Of a stretch of 64,000 nt of DNA, positions 63,616-64,000 are shown one piece after another. The stretch comes from Podarcis tiliguerta (lineage: Eukaryota): NCBI GenBank assembly GCA_965153285.1, contig OZ229111.1; one strand, 5' to 3'. Both the position numbers and the translations under genes were made by a program. Position 1 is the first letter of the stretch, and every line of letters begins with the position of its first letter. The notes under the pieces were generated by a model, which did no database searches, was not told the origin of the DNA, and worked only from the letters and a program-made list of their open reading frames with translations.

Positions 63616-64000
63616 AATGCACACTTGAATAATTTTATCTGCAGTCTGTAACAGTTTCTGCATTGCTGCCTTTTATTCCACTTGTGGTTTTGAAAATTAT
63701 ATGTGTTAACAAGTCTTGATTCCTTATTTGGTGACTTTATTTTTTTGTCAACTGTTTATAAAAAGTATAAGCACTGGGAAAGAAGCACTGATAATCTAAC
63801 ACTTGGGTTTGTTTGTTTTTATTCTAGTAGGTTGGAAATGGTGTGAAGGAGAGTTGGCATGAGGGGAATCCTAACCTAGAAAAGCGATGATACCCATTCT
63901 GTCTTTCTCCTACATCCATTTAAAAAAACCATAGTGATTTTATTTCTCACAGAAGAAGTAAATATCATTACTGTGCTCTGTCAAACAATCTGATCTGGCA

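Overview
Vertebrate genomic DNA, not prokaryotic. The repeat content points to a squamate, probably a lacertid lizard. The window holds the 5' end of EBF1 (early B-cell factor 1 / COE1) on the + strand: a CpG-island promoter region and coding exons 1-6, join(12763..12896,14614..14770,15398..15461,16441..16496,32444..32517,42062..42130). This is 554 nt with all GT-AG introns, encoding residues 1-184 of the COE DNA-binding domain including the H-x3-C-x2-C-x5-C zinc knuckle. Intron 6 runs off the end of the window. The rest is non-coding and contains candidate proximal and distal promoters, several CNE-like intronic blocks, tRNA-derived SINEs, L2/CR1/Penelope fragments, many hAT/Tc1-mariner/Harbinger-type MITEs (several with readable TSDs), a solo LTR, microsatellites and two assembly gaps. 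Almost all ORFs in the six-frame track are spurious. I found no demonstrably new system. The best leads are: (i) a candidate distal promoter and alternative first exon near 9.2-9.56 kb that would splice in frame to exon 2; (ii) a solo LTR carrying a decayed acidic, Trp-rich ORF, inside a four-element nested TE cluster; (iii) SINEs with a tRNA-Ile head reading GAT at the anticodon (possible fossil of A-to-I editing) that share a CR1 tail with a tRNA-Lys-headed SINE.
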